Shown in pieces: positions 21,651-31,228 of a stretch of DNA of 64,000 nucleotides. The stretch is taken from the NCBI GenBank assembly GCA_963832745.1, contig CAWHVC010000005.1, positions 480,001-544,000 on the forward strand. The letters run 5' to 3'. Source of the stretch: Candidatus Bathyarchaeota archaeon (GTDB taxonomy: Archaea > Thermoproteota > Bathyarchaeia > Bathyarchaeales > Bathycorpusculaceae). The notes beneath the pieces are model-generated. The model was not told the DNA's origin and ran no database searches. It saw nothing but the letters and a program-made list of their open reading frames with translations. Made by a program: the position numbers and the translations under genes. Numbering within the stretch: the first letter of the stretch is position 1; each line of letters opens with the position of its first letter.

Positions 21651-22565
21651 ATGGCTAATAAAAAATTCTATACACCAATTAAAATTGGCTTGCTAATTGT
21701 TACAGTCGCGTATTTCCTTTTTAATCTGCACACGATGGCTACGATTGAATGGATTGGTGAATGGGCAAGAACTCCCGGGTCATTTAACACTATCCAGTTA
21801 ATTGAAGACATGAATGCTACAGTAGGCAACGCTTTCAGAATGGCAGGCAGCGTAATAGCCCTTACAGCTATACTGTACTTTTTTGTTAAGAAAAGCTTCT
21901 CAGAAAAAAGAAGCTACTTTATAGTCAAATTTGTTTTGGCTTGTGAGGGAATCTACTGGTTTGGTCTTTTAGCTTCGGGCATATCAGGCGTTTATAGAGT
22001 TCTTTTTTTAGGTTTAAACAATTCAACGTACAGTTTGGGTTACGTTTTACCAGCAGTCTTTGAATCCACAATAGTTCCCATAGTTATTTTGGTTTTTGCG
22101 TTCAAGTTAAGCCCAAACAAGCCAATCAAAAACACAATAAATTGGGGATTGATTGCGGGAACAGTACTGATTGTGGCCTACTGGCTGCTTAACACCGGCA
22201 TATGGGCGCTAACTATCCCAGTTAAGGGCACAGAATACTTGACCCAGTACCCACAACTCATGGTTGCGTTTCTTTCTACAGCTGTCGGCTTACTGGCATT
22301 AAGCATATACGCAGTTTACGCTACAAAGAAACTATCAGGAACTCAAAGCCTGGAAAGCTTGAACCTTAAACCAGTAGGCGTCATTGTAACAGGTTTAGGC
22401 GTCTGGTACCTCTGGAATTACCTCACGTGGATATTTTTCGGCGGCAACTACATGTGGAGCGACTGGTATGCTTGGCTATTGGGACACAATATGGACTTGT
22501 GGATGCTATCTCTGCCTTTGGCGGGTTTGCCCCTGCTTTTTATGAGCCTTAACAAAGAAAAGTAA
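21651..22565 (+). CDS. Hypothetical polytopic membrane protein
   Basis: 304-aa ORF with ~8 TM segments. Confidence 0.7.
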   Translation: MANKKFYTPIKIGLLIVTVAYFLFNLHTMATIEWIGEWARTPGSFNTIQLIEDMNATVGNAFRMAGSVIALTAILYFFVKKSFSEKRSYFIVKFVLACEGIYWFGLLASGISGVYRVLFLGLNNSTYSLGYVLPAVFESTIVPIVILVFAFKLSPNKPIKNTINWGLIAGTVLIVAYWLLNTGIWALTIPVKGTEYLTQYPQLMVAFLSTAVGLLALSIYAVYATKKLSGTQSLESLNLKPVGVIVTGLGVWYLWNYLTWIFFGGNYMWSDWYAWLLGHNMDLWMLSLPLAGLPLLFMSLNKEK

Positions 22566-22729
22566 ATTTAGACAATAAACTAAAGTGGGCAGCCAAACTT
22601 GCACAGTTAACAAGAAAAGTGTTACAAAAAGTACCAATTTTTTTGTTAACTCTAAAATTTTCATCTATTTGTTGTTCAATTTACCCAAGATTATTTAAGG
22701 ATAAACATTAGAATTAACATAACCTATTT

Positions 22730-25660
22730 GTGGCGGGGAGAAGGATGATTAGAGGTAACGCTTTGTCAATTAAAATCTTGCATGTAGAAGATGACGTTCA
22801 TTTCGCACAAATTTCAAAAACGATTTTAGAGGCTGAAAATAATTTCGAAATAGAAATTGCTTCTTCCGTCAAAGAAGCCTACGAAAAAATGGAAAAAACC
22901 CATTATGACGTTGTAATTTCAGATTTTGAATTGCCACTTCAGGACGGTTTGTCTTTTCTTGAAGAACTTGCCAAAACTGAAAAAGAGTTGCCGTTTATTT
23001 TATTTACAGGGAAAGGCCGAGAAGAAGTAGCCATTAAAGCATTAAATCTTGGCGCCTGCGGCTACGTGAACAAGCTGGGTAACCCTGAAACAGTTTTCGG
23101 GGAGCTGGCTTACTACATTGTTCAAGCGGTAGAGCAAAAAAGACAAAAAAGGTTAGCCCAAACCCTCCTGGACACTTTGCCTTGTGTAGCCTTGCTGCTT
23201 AAACCCAACACTAGAGAAATTGTTGCCTCAAACAAGGCAGCTATCGAAGCAGGCGCGGTACCGGGAAAAACATGTTATGCAGCATGGGGTAAACGTGAAA
23301 GTCCTTGCTTGTGGTGTTTAGCGCCTAAGATGTGGTTAACTAATCAGCCGCAACATTTAGAGGTAGAAGATGGAGACGTAATTTGGGATGCATATTGGGT
23401 TCCAGTAGAAAAAGACTTGTATCTTCACTACGCGTTTGATGTTACGGCGTTAAGACAAAAAGAAAAGAAGCTAACCGAAAGCGAAAACAAATTTCGCACC
23501 GTTGCAGACTTCATGTTCGACTGGGAATACTGGGTATCCCCCGACAACAAGTTACTGTTTGTTTCGCCTTCAAGTAAAAGATTGACAGGTTACAGCGCTG
23601 AAGAATTCATCAAAAACCCCAACTTACTATACGAAATCATTCATCCAGACGACAAACCCAGCCTAATAGACCATTTCACCAAAATAACAAAAGAGGCCGC
23701 ACATTTTCGTGACTTTCGCATAATCACCAAAAACGGTGAAACCCGTTGGCTTGCACACGCTTGCCAACCAGTGTTTGACGAAAACGGAGTTTTTCTGGGA
23801 CGCAGAACAAGCAACCGTGAAGTTACTGAACGTAAAAAAGCTGAACAAGCACTAAATGAAAGTGAAAAACGTTGGGAAGCAACCCTTTCAAGCATCGGAG
23901 ACGCGGTAATAGCGACTGATACAGCTTCCAAAATCACTTTTATGAATAAGACAGCTAAAGAAGCTACAGGATGGCCTTTAAATGAAGCTAAAGGTAAACC
24001 TCTTGGACAAGTTTTTAACATTATAAACGAACACACGCGATTGCCGGTTGAGAATCCAGTTAAAAAAGTGCTTGAAAAAGGCGCCGTCGTGGGTTTGGCT
24101 AACCACACTATTTTGGTACGTAAAGACGGTGCTACTTTACCGATTGATGACAGTGGAGCACCTATTAAAGATGAAAATGGAAAAATTACTGGTGCCGTTC
24201 TGGTGTTTCGAGATATTGCTGAACGTAAAAAAGCAGAGGCAGCACTTGAAGCCAGCGAAAAACGGTATCATCAACTTTTTACTTCAATGACGGAGCAGTT
24301 TCAACTTTTTGAGTTAGTGTTTGACGGAAAAGGGTGTCCGGTTGATTACCGGATTTTGGATGTTAACCCCGCTTTTGAGGCGCTTGTTGGAAAAGCAAGA
24401 GAACAACTGGTGGATAAACTGGTTGTTAGGGATCTTTGGCCGGTTGAACAGTACTGGCTGGAAATGTTTAATGAAGTGTTTAAAACTGGCAGGGCGAAAC
24501 ATTACGAAAATTATGGCGACGCGTTTGGAAGATACTATGACTTGTGTATTTTCAAGGTAAATGAAAGTCAGTTAGCTTCAATAGCTACAGATATTACCGA
24601 ACGTAAAAAAGCTGAGCAAGAAATAGCTGATTTAGCCAGGTTTCCTTCTGAAAACCCTAATCCTGTGCTTCGTATTTCTGGAGAGGGAAAAATATTGTTC
24701 CATAATAATGCCGCGAAAGTTTTTGTGGACAAAGAAGGTTTAGCTGTGTTGCCCACGATTGTTCGGCATGCTAAAGGGGTTTTGAAGACCAACCGGAAAA
24801 AAGACTTTGAAATCGCTGTTAACAAGCGGGTTTTCCTGTTTTCTTTTGCGCCAATCACGAGTTCTGGCTACACGAACATGTATGGCATGGATATTACTGA
24901 AAAGAAGATGATGGAGGCTAAACTTGCTAAGTATTCTAAGGATTTGGAAGGTTTAGTTAAGGAACGGTCGAGTCAGCTTAACTTGGCGGAGCAGCAATTA
25001 GTGAAGTCGGAGCGGCTTGCCGCGATTGGTGAATTAGCGGGCATGATTGGGCATGACTTGCGTAATCCTTTAACGGGTATTAAAACTTCGATTTATTACT
25101 TGAAAAAGACCAAGTTTGCTGAATCGGGAACTCAAGCTAAAGAAATGATTGAGATAATAGAGAAATGTATTGACCATTCTAACAAAATAATTAACGATTT
25201 GCTTGAGTATTCAAAAGAGGTGCAGTTGGAACCGCAGCCAAGCACGCCTAAAGCGTTGATTCTTGAAACCATCGCTATGATGAAGACGCCAAGCAGTATA
25301 ACAATAAACAACAATGTTTTGGATGAAGCTTGCTTAACTGTTGATTTAGATAAGATGAAACGTGTATTTTCTAACCTTATCAAAAATGCTGTTGAAGCAA
25401 TGCCAAACGGTGGTGTTTTGACAATCTGTTGCAATCAAGGGGATGGCTGTTTTGAGTTTTCTTTTGCTGATACTGGACCGGGGATTCCTCCGAAGGTTAT
25501 GCAGAAAATCTTTTCGCCGTTGGTTACGACTAAGGCGCAGGGGATGGGTTTTGGTTTGGCAATTTGCAAACGGGTTGTTGAGGCTCATGGGGGCACGATA
25601 CACGTGGAGACTTCGTCTAGGGGTACAGAATTCACGATTAAGGTTCCGACAAAACGTTAA
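22730..25660 (+). CDS. Hybrid sensor kinase REC-PAS(n)-HisKA-HATPase (start may be TTG 22763)
   Basis: ILHVEDD/ISDFELP receiver; several PAS/PAC (RDIAERK); GHDLRNPL, NLIKNA, DTGPGI, GMGFGL. Confidence 0.93.
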   Translation: MAGRRMIRGNALSIKILHVEDDVHFAQISKTILEAENNFEIEIASSVKEAYEKMEKTHYDVVISDFELPLQDGLSFLEELAKTEKELPFILFTGKGREEVAIKALNLGACGYVNKLGNPETVFGELAYYIVQAVEQKRQKRLAQTLLDTLPCVALLLKPNTREIVASNKAAIEAGAVPGKTCYAAWGKRESPCLWCLAPKMWLTNQPQHLEVEDGDVIWDAYWVPVEKDLYLHYAFDVTALRQKEKKLTESENKFRTVADFMFDWEYWVSPDNKLLFVSPSSKRLTGYSAEEFIKNPNLLYEIIHPDDKPSLIDHFTKITKEAAHFRDFRIITKNGETRWLAHACQPVFDENGVFLGRRTSNREVTERKKAEQALNESEKRWEATLSSIGDAVIATDTASKITFMNKTAKEATGWPLNEAKGKPLGQVFNIINEHTRLPVENPVKKVLEKGAVVGLANHTILVRKDGATLPIDDSGAPIKDENGKITGAVLVFRDIAERKKAEAALEASEKRYHQLFTSMTEQFQLFELVFDGKGCPVDYRILDVNPAFEALVGKAREQLVDKLVVRDLWPVEQYWLEMFNEVFKTGRAKHYENYGDAFGRYYDLCIFKVNESQLASIATDITERKKAEQEIADLARFPSENPNPVLRISGEGKILFHNNAAKVFVDKEGLAVLPTIVRHAKGVLKTNRKKDFEIAVNKRVFLFSFAPITSSGYTNMYGMDITEKKMMEAKLAKYSKDLEGLVKERSSQLNLAEQQLVKSERLAAIGELAGMIGHDLRNPLTGIKTSIYYLKKTKFAESGTQAKEMIEIIEKCIDHSNKIINDLLEYSKEVQLEPQPSTPKALILETIAMMKTPSSITINNNVLDEACLTVDLDKMKRVFSNLIKNAVEAMPNGGVLTICCNQGDGCFEFSFADTGPGIPPKVMQKIFSPLVTTKAQGMGFGLAICKRVVEAHGGTIHVETSSRGTEFTIKVPTKR

Positions 25661-25783
25661 AACCGTTACTCTAGGCAAGACAGGATGAAGAATAAACTGT
25701 TAGTGGTAGTGTTCACCCTGTAACAACAATTTTTATGCTCCCACCCGAACTGTATATTCAGTATTTTTTGGAGACACTATAAA

Positions 25784-26323
25784 ATGAGTTCATCTTCTGG
25801 AGCCTATCGAGCAATAGAAATCATTTTGGGCATAATTGCTTTGGCAGCAGGTATCTTGGCACTGTTTTTCCCTACCGCCGTCGTTGTTACTTTGGTCGTG
25901 TTTTTCGGCATTGCACTTTTGGCTATTGGCATCTTGAGAATTGCTTCTGCGGTTTCAACAAGTCGCATGTATGGGTCAACTCGGGGAACAAACGCGGTCA
26001 TCGGTATAATAATGTTAATCGTTGGTGCTTTGATTCTGTTTTTCCCAGCTATTGCAACCGCGACAATCGTTATTTTGATTGGTTTTGCTATTTTGATTTA
26101 CGGTTTAGGTAGACTGGTTGTGGGTGGAGCAGCACGCAATCTCAGTGGAGGATTACGCGCGGCATTAATAGTCTTAGGCGTACTGTTGGCAATCTTTGGA
26201 ATAATTATTATTCTGTTTCCAGTAGTCGGCGTTTACACGTACGCGTTCTTCGTTGCTTTGGCGTTGATGCTAATTGGCATAGATGCGATAGCGTCAGGTT
26301 CAATCGGCATACCCCTCACTTAA
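25784..26323 (+). CDS. HdeD/DUF308-family membrane protein
   Basis: Three repeated TM hairpins of the G..ALFFP / ILFFP / ILFP type. Confidence 0.8.
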   Translation: MSSSSGAYRAIEIILGIIALAAGILALFFPTAVVVTLVVFFGIALLAIGILRIASAVSTSRMYGSTRGTNAVIGIIMLIVGALILFFPAIATATIVILIGFAILIYGLGRLVVGGAARNLSGGLRAALIVLGVLLAIFGIIIILFPVVGVYTYAFFVALALMLIGIDAIASGSIGIPLT

Positions 26324-26342
26324 ACCCCTTCTTTTTGGCGGT

Positions 26343-26999
26343 TTAAGTCCAAACGATGTAGGATACTACAAGAAACATTACAGCTAAAGAGCCCAAGATT
26401 AAGCCTAGCAGCCAACGGTACTTACCTACGGCTTTGCCAAGCTGCACGCCATACCATGTGACCCAAGCAACCCCCAAAATGTTAGAGATAAACCAAGCAG
26501 TCAACTTGTCAGGCAACAAAAGAAACGGCAACGCCATCAAAAAACCCACAGTTAAATAAATTCCCAGAATCGAGGCGCCACCCAAAAACTCGTCACGAGT
26601 CAACACTTTGTTTGTGCCAATATCCGCGTCCTTCACGTACACAATGAGGTCTTTAGCAACCGCCCGTTTACCCTCCAAAGTGAAACCTTCAAGAAAAGTG
26701 CCATCAAAATTCTTCACAGCTGCATCCACAGAAACCTTGCATTCAGCGCAGTCTCTAAGGATTATGAGTTTTTTGCGGATGTTGTTGCGTTCGATTGAAC
26801 TGGAAACCGCATAAATCAATCCATCAATTAGGCCCCAACCAAAACATGCACCCAAATTCACCGCCACAATGTAACCGAAGCCGTTGTTTAAGTCAGAAAG
26901 GGCAACGTAACCGTTAATGATTATGACCATCAGGACGGCAAAAGCAATTTCCCCAGTACGGTCACTATAAGACAAATAACGCTTAGCCACAAAAACCAC
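26343..26999 (-). CDS. VIT1/CCC1-like membrane protein
   Basis: DRTGEIAFAVLM, WGLIDG, ALPFLLL; TM-soluble-TM layout. Confidence 0.6.
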   Translation of the reverse strand: MVFVAKRYLSYSDRTGEIAFAVLMVIIINGYVALSDLNNGFGYIVAVNLGACFGWGLIDGLIYAVSSSIERNNIRKKLIILRDCAECKVSVDAAVKNFDGTFLEGFTLEGKRAVAKDLIVYVKDADIGTNKVLTRDEFLGGASILGIYLTVGFLMALPFLLLPDKLTAWFISNILGVAWVTWYGVQLGKAVGKYRWLLGLILGSLAVMFLVVSYIVWT

Positions 27000-27348
27000 T
27001 ACCTAACAAGTAAGAAAAAAGCAACAAATAAACAATTACGAAAAAATAGCCCCGTGAAAGTGGCCATATTTGTATCCTATATAAGAGTCTCAAAAGGGTT
27101 CTGTAAAGTCTTTATCGGAACTCTCCAAAAATTTGTCCATGTAAAGTTTCATCGGATGTCGGGCGGGCATATGAGTTCTGGACAGCCGATAACACTTCTA
27201 TCGTAAATCTTACGAGTAAAAGGGGCTTGATAAGGGCTAGTGAAGCCATGCAACTGAGGGTTTTATAGAGGTTGGAAAATCTTGGTTGCATATTGCTCTG
27301 GATAATTGTTATATATTTAATATACCAAATATTGTTTTTGAAAAAAAA

Positions 27349-27813
27349 ATGGCAACCAAGGGAAGTATTGTTTATACGGCTATATTGGCATGGACAACAA
27401 CCTTAACCGCATTTTTTACGACTGGCAGTTTTTTTAGTCCTTATGGCGTTATTATTTTTTTGATTTGTTCTATTGCAATAACTTTTGGTGGCGTTTACTA
27501 TTATAAAACTACAATTTTAAAACGGGAAAACCAGTATCCAAAACCTTTCAAACCCATAACTTCTAAAATGGTTAAAACGAAAAGGGTTTTTTTTACATTA
27601 TTTACCAGTATTGAGAGTTTTGAGGGAATTTTATCTCTTTTAGTTGTTTATTTTGGTTTTCAATTTCTGATAGATATACCTGCGAATCTGATTGATGCCA
27701 CTGTTTTATCACAACTTCAAATATCTTTCACTATATTGGCAATAGTGGGTATTTTACTATTGATTGATGGGGTGAGGCGTTTTTGGAAGGAAGTTATAAA
27801 GACACGCTATTAG
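27349..27813 (+). CDS. Hypothetical AT-rich membrane protein
   Basis: ATG 27349 within ORF 27286..27813; four hydrophobic segments. Confidence 0.6.
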   Translation: MATKGSIVYTAILAWTTTLTAFFTTGSFFSPYGVIIFLICSIAITFGGVYYYKTTILKRENQYPKPFKPITSKMVKTKRVFFTLFTSIESFEGILSLLVVYFGFQFLIDIPANLIDATVLSQLQISFTILAIVGILLLIDGVRRFWKEVIKTRY

Positions 27814-27920
27814 TCTTTGGTTTACTTGCGTTTTGAATTAAAGTTATCCACTTATTTTTGCCTTCGATTTGTATTCCGCATGCGCTAGCTGGGGTTTGTA
27901 CGTCTATTTTCCTTTTTAGC

Positions 27921-28361
27921 TCATTCTTTATGGAAAACTGAGGTAAACATCATTTGTTCTATTGCACCACTTTTGCCTGTTAGCCATACTTCGTTGAATA
28001 GTTCTGTGGCTTTTTCGGCTTGTTTGTCAGTGTTTGTTGGGAAAACGGCGATTAGGTAGCTGTTGGGTGGCAAACAACCGTGCAGTAGTTCTGCCCGTTT
28101 ACGTAGCCTGTCAATTCTGACTGTGGAAGCGCATTCAACGCCAAACGTGACGCCTTCTTCGTTTTTGGCCAGAACCTTCACAAAAACCGTTTTGTCGCCA
28201 AAAGTCAAGGGTACTTCAAATTGTATGTCTCTAAAACTTCGGTCGTGCCAAAGCTTCAATGCTGCCGCAACTTTCAAACTTTCGATATCAGGGGAGCTTT
28301 TTTGGCTTGTTTTGTAGATTGCCTGTAGTTCTTTGGGCAATTTCTCAAAATGGTTAATCAT
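27921..28361 (-). CDS. Hypothetical protein with PD-(D/E)XK nuclease-like fold, catalytic motif degenerate
   Basis: IQFEVPL...VFVKVLAK...FGVEC matches the E...(P)D...ExK strand pattern; RBS aaggtga. Confidence 0.5.
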   Translation of the reverse strand: MINHFEKLPKELQAIYKTSQKSSPDIESLKVAAALKLWHDRSFRDIQFEVPLTFGDKTVFVKVLAKNEEGVTFGVECASTVRIDRLRKRAELLHGCLPPNSYLIAVFPTNTDKQAEKATELFNEVWLTGKSGAIEQMMFTSVFHKE

Positions 28362-28466
28362 TGCTTAATCACCTTTCATTGCACACTATTATAACAGATA
28401 TAATGTGTTCGTATATAAGCCATTATTTATCTAATTCTGCAGCTGCATTATAGCCATTGAAATCTA

Positions 28467-28658
28467 GTGATTCTAATGGTCAGAGCATACATACTATCCG
28501 AACGAGAACGAGAAATCCTCAAAAGATTCACAGAAACGGGAGAAAAACTAAACGGCTTTGACATACTAATCCATTACATCAACAAGTACAAGCCACAGCT
28601 TATCAACGACTTTGACTTAATCGAGGCTGCGCTTAAACAGAAAAACGCCAACAAATAG
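28467..28658 (+). CDS. Small helical protein, possibly DNA-binding
   Basis: MVRAYILSEREREILKRF...; divergent from 27921..28361. Confidence 0.6.
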   Translation: MILMVRAYILSEREREILKRFTETGEKLNGFDILIHYINKYKPQLINDFDLIEAALKQKNANK

Positions 28659-28841
28659 CTTTTCTTTAATGCAGTTCCGTTAGGGCTTTTTTTGTTTGGT
28701 TTTTTGTTTGCCAAAATTGCTTATATGGGCTGTTGAGGGTTGGCTGTGTGGGCGGAAAAGCTCAAGAATGGGCCATGATAGTTGCCCGACTGCATTTTGC
28801 TGTTCAACGCTTTTCATTGCTTTCTTTGAAGTTCTATGTCG

Positions 28842-28990
28842 CTGCCAACCTATTAGCAGCCTATTAGAATCCAAATAGCAGCTCTATGCTGGAACCTAAG
28901 ACACTTTTCCAACCTCAAAACTGCAAATCACTAAGGGGGGTAGGTGCTAATGGCGCAGAAAGCGCTCAAAAGTATGTTGAAATTGAGTAG
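28842..28990 (+). repeat. Dispersed intergenic repeat, copy 2 (with ~35-bp insertion)
   Basis: ctgccaacctattagcagcctattagaat...ggaacctaag[insertion]gggggtaggtgctaatg...agtatgttgaaa. Confidence 0.85.
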
Positions 28991-28993
28991 TCA

Positions 28994-29998
28994 TTACAGT
29001 TTTGTGCTAATGTCTGCATAGATTTGGGCGCAACAAAACGGTGAAAACGAAACAGTCCAACCCTGATTTTCCGCAAAATCAATTGCCGCCTGACTTGGAA
29101 AAGCCACTGCATCTACACCTGCTTTCAACGCCAAAACGTCAATGTCAGCGCGTAGTTTGCCTTTAGGACGCATACAACCCAAAACCAAGGGCGTGTCTGG
29201 AAACATGACCCGTGCAGAAGCAGTAACTCGTGCAATATCAAGCGGCGGGGGCGGTTCAACCTTTGCCATTTCTGTTCCAGGAATAGGCATAAACGCGATG
29301 ATAACCACGGCGGAAGGCTTTGTTTGCGAAATCATTTGCAGCGCCACCAGTTCGCCATCCAATTTTCCATCGTTTAACCCAACAATAACGTGAGGAACAA
29401 AGTTTAAACCAGCCTCTTGCAGCGCCTTAAGCGAGTCAGCATAATCTTGAACCGATACGTTAAACCCGTAAACCTTATCGATTGTTTCCTGCGAACCGAT
29501 AACATCAATCAACGCAGCATCAACCCCCGCCTGCTTAAGCAAAACAGCCGTATCCAAATCAACAATACCCGTATGAACAAAAACAGTCAAACCCAACTCC
29601 CGCTTAACCCGCTCAATCACCGACGCAAACACCCTAAGAGGAACAGACCCGTCAGGCAAACACCCCCCACTAATCAAGCAACCCAACGCCCCATCCTCCT
29701 TCAACTTAGAACACAACACAAACAACCGTTCAGGAGTAACAGCCGGCTGCATTGTAGCCAACACTTTACCACCACAATGCCTACAATTCAAAGCACAACC
29801 TAACCCAGTCACCGAAACAGTCGGAAAAACCGTTGATTTCGAACAGAAAAGACTACTTTTATAATAAGCGAAACCTGGCGCGTAGAAACGGATTTGACGC
29901 CTCTTTTGCATAAACACCCCTGAATCCAAGAAACCAAAAAGTTCTTGCAGAGTTAAATGCCAAATTTCTTCCGAAGAAAACTGCCGCATACCTTTCAT
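28994..29998 (-). CDS. lipS1: Radical SAM protein, LipS1-like subunit of the archaeal two-protein lipoyl synthase
   Basis: CALNCRHC; GCMR and C-terminal CC motifs characteristic of LipS1; GCLISGG, VPHVIVGL. Confidence 0.75.
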   Translation of the reverse strand: MKGMRQFSSEEIWHLTLQELFGFLDSGVFMQKRRQIRFYAPGFAYYKSSLFCSKSTVFPTVSVTGLGCALNCRHCGGKVLATMQPAVTPERLFVLCSKLKEDGALGCLISGGCLPDGSVPLRVFASVIERVKRELGLTVFVHTGIVDLDTAVLLKQAGVDAALIDVIGSQETIDKVYGFNVSVQDYADSLKALQEAGLNFVPHVIVGLNDGKLDGELVALQMISQTKPSAVVIIAFMPIPGTEMAKVEPPPPLDIARVTASARVMFPDTPLVLGCMRPKGKLRADIDVLALKAGVDAVAFPSQAAIDFAENQGWTVSFSPFCCAQIYADISTKL

Positions 29999-30035
29999 AC
30001 TAATTTTTGAACAGGGCTTCTTAAGAATTTATTTG

Positions 30036-30371
30036 TTAAAGCTTACGTTTTGCCCTCCAAGCATCCCCTTGAAAAGCTTGAACCGGTTGAGCCTCAACAT
30101 TCACATTAGCAATATCCGCCTGCAACTTCGCCAAACGTTTCGTAAGCGTCAAAGTCTTAAAGATTGCACCACCACGATAAGTCAAATTATAAAGGACCTT
30201 ACCCTTACATTTCACTTGCTCAACAAGCCCATATTCAATCAAGTAATCAATTTTTTTATGCAGCAGCATGCAATCCATGTTGCCTTCAAAGGCGATAGCG
30301 TCAAGCGTCAAAGGCTTGACTGAGAGAATCTTAAGCACATCCTCATAAAGTTCTAATTTTGATTTTGTCAT
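30036..30371 (-). CDS. Winged-helix transcriptional regulator (ArnR1/HTH_45-like)
   Basis: KSKLELYEDVLKIL...YLIEYGLV...YNLTYRG. Confidence 0.78.
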   Translation of the reverse strand: MTKSKLELYEDVLKILSVKPLTLDAIAFEGNMDCMLLHKKIDYLIEYGLVEQVKCKGKVLYNLTYRGGAIFKTLTLTKRLAKLQADIANVNVEAQPVQAFQGDAWRAKRKL

Positions 30372-30504
30372 GCAAAGCACGCTCTTGTAAGATAACATTC
30401 CACGTTTTTTAATAAAGAATTTATGAATTTTGAATCTTTAATAAAAAGTAGTCGCTGCAAAAAACCAAAAAAGCCGATGTCAAACTGTTTTTTTGCCATA
30501 CAAG

Positions 30505-30930
30505 TTACAGTTTAGCGTCTTGGCGATCTTTAAGGTAAGCATCATGTTTCTCAAGAAGGCTACGGATTTGATGATTTATGAAGTCATCTGCACTTAGATA
30601 ACCAGTGTCTAAATCTTTTATTGCCTGTTGCAGCCGTTCATAATCTGTCTTTTGTATTTCAATGTAGGTGCAGTCGTCTTTTGCGAAACGGAGTTGTGTG
30701 CGTATGGCGTCTCGTATGAATTCTTCGCGGCTGGTGTATCCGAGGTTGCGGTTGGTTTCTATGAAGGTTTGGGTTTCGTTTAGTAGTTGTGGGGGGAGGT
30801 TGACGCTTGTGGAGAGGAGGTTTTCGATGGCGTCGGTGTAGGTTTGCATTTTCATGGTTTGTGCGGTTATTTCGCCTAGCATTGCGGTTAGTTTTTGGTG
30901 GGCGTCGTCGGATATGCGCAGAGTTTTCAT
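30505..30930 (-). CDS. Protein with three tandem ribbon-helix-helix-like units
   Basis: MKTLRISDDAHQKL..YTDAIENLL; SVNLPPQLL..GYTSREEFIRDAIR; YIEIQKTDY..GYLSADDFINHQIR. Confidence 0.72.
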   Translation of the reverse strand: MKTLRISDDAHQKLTAMLGEITAQTMKMQTYTDAIENLLSTSVNLPPQLLNETQTFIETNRNLGYTSREEFIRDAIRTQLRFAKDDCTYIEIQKTDYERLQQAIKDLDTGYLSADDFINHQIRSLLEKHDAYLKDRQDAKL

Positions 30931-30977
30931 GGAGTTTACCATGTGTATTTGTGATAGGAAAGCTAATAAGGCTTTTC

Positions 30978-31012
30978 TGTATACTTGGTATACAAGGTGT
31001 AAGAGGTTTACA
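30978..31012. promoter_or_regulatory. Palindromic operator-like sites between divergent RHH genes
   Basis: Perfect TGTATAC-ttg-GTATACA (30978-30994) and TGTAA-gaggt-TTACA (30998-31012). Confidence 0.55.
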
Positions 31013-31014
31013 AA

Positions 31015-31224
31015 ATGAAGCACAACATCAGCATAACAATGGACCAAAAACTCTTCAGAGAACTAGAAAACATCCGCGGCAGAGAAAAACGCAGCAACTT
31101 CATCGAATACCTAATCATCGAAGGCCTAAAAACCCACCTAACCAACCAACAAAACACAAAACAAACGCTACCAATCATACCATTTATCGAAATTAACAAA
31201 AGAAAAAAAGAGTATATTGGTTGA
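31015..31224 (+). CDS. Ribbon-helix-helix (CopG-like) protein
   Basis: MKHNISITMDQKLFRELENIRGREKRSNFIEYLIIEGL. Confidence 0.75.
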   Translation: MKHNISITMDQKLFRELENIRGREKRSNFIEYLIIEGLKTHLTNQQNTKQTLPIIPFIEINKRKKEYIG

Positions 31225-31228
31225 AGGT

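Noticed and set aside
27096-27112. gggttctgtaaagt as an IS6-like terminal inverted repeat
   Set aside because: No matching partner end and no transposase in the window.
29417-29803. Q/N/P/T-rich ORF (also 30807..31196 and 50748..50963)
   Set aside because: Shadow ORFs produced by local C/A or G/T composition bias over real genes.
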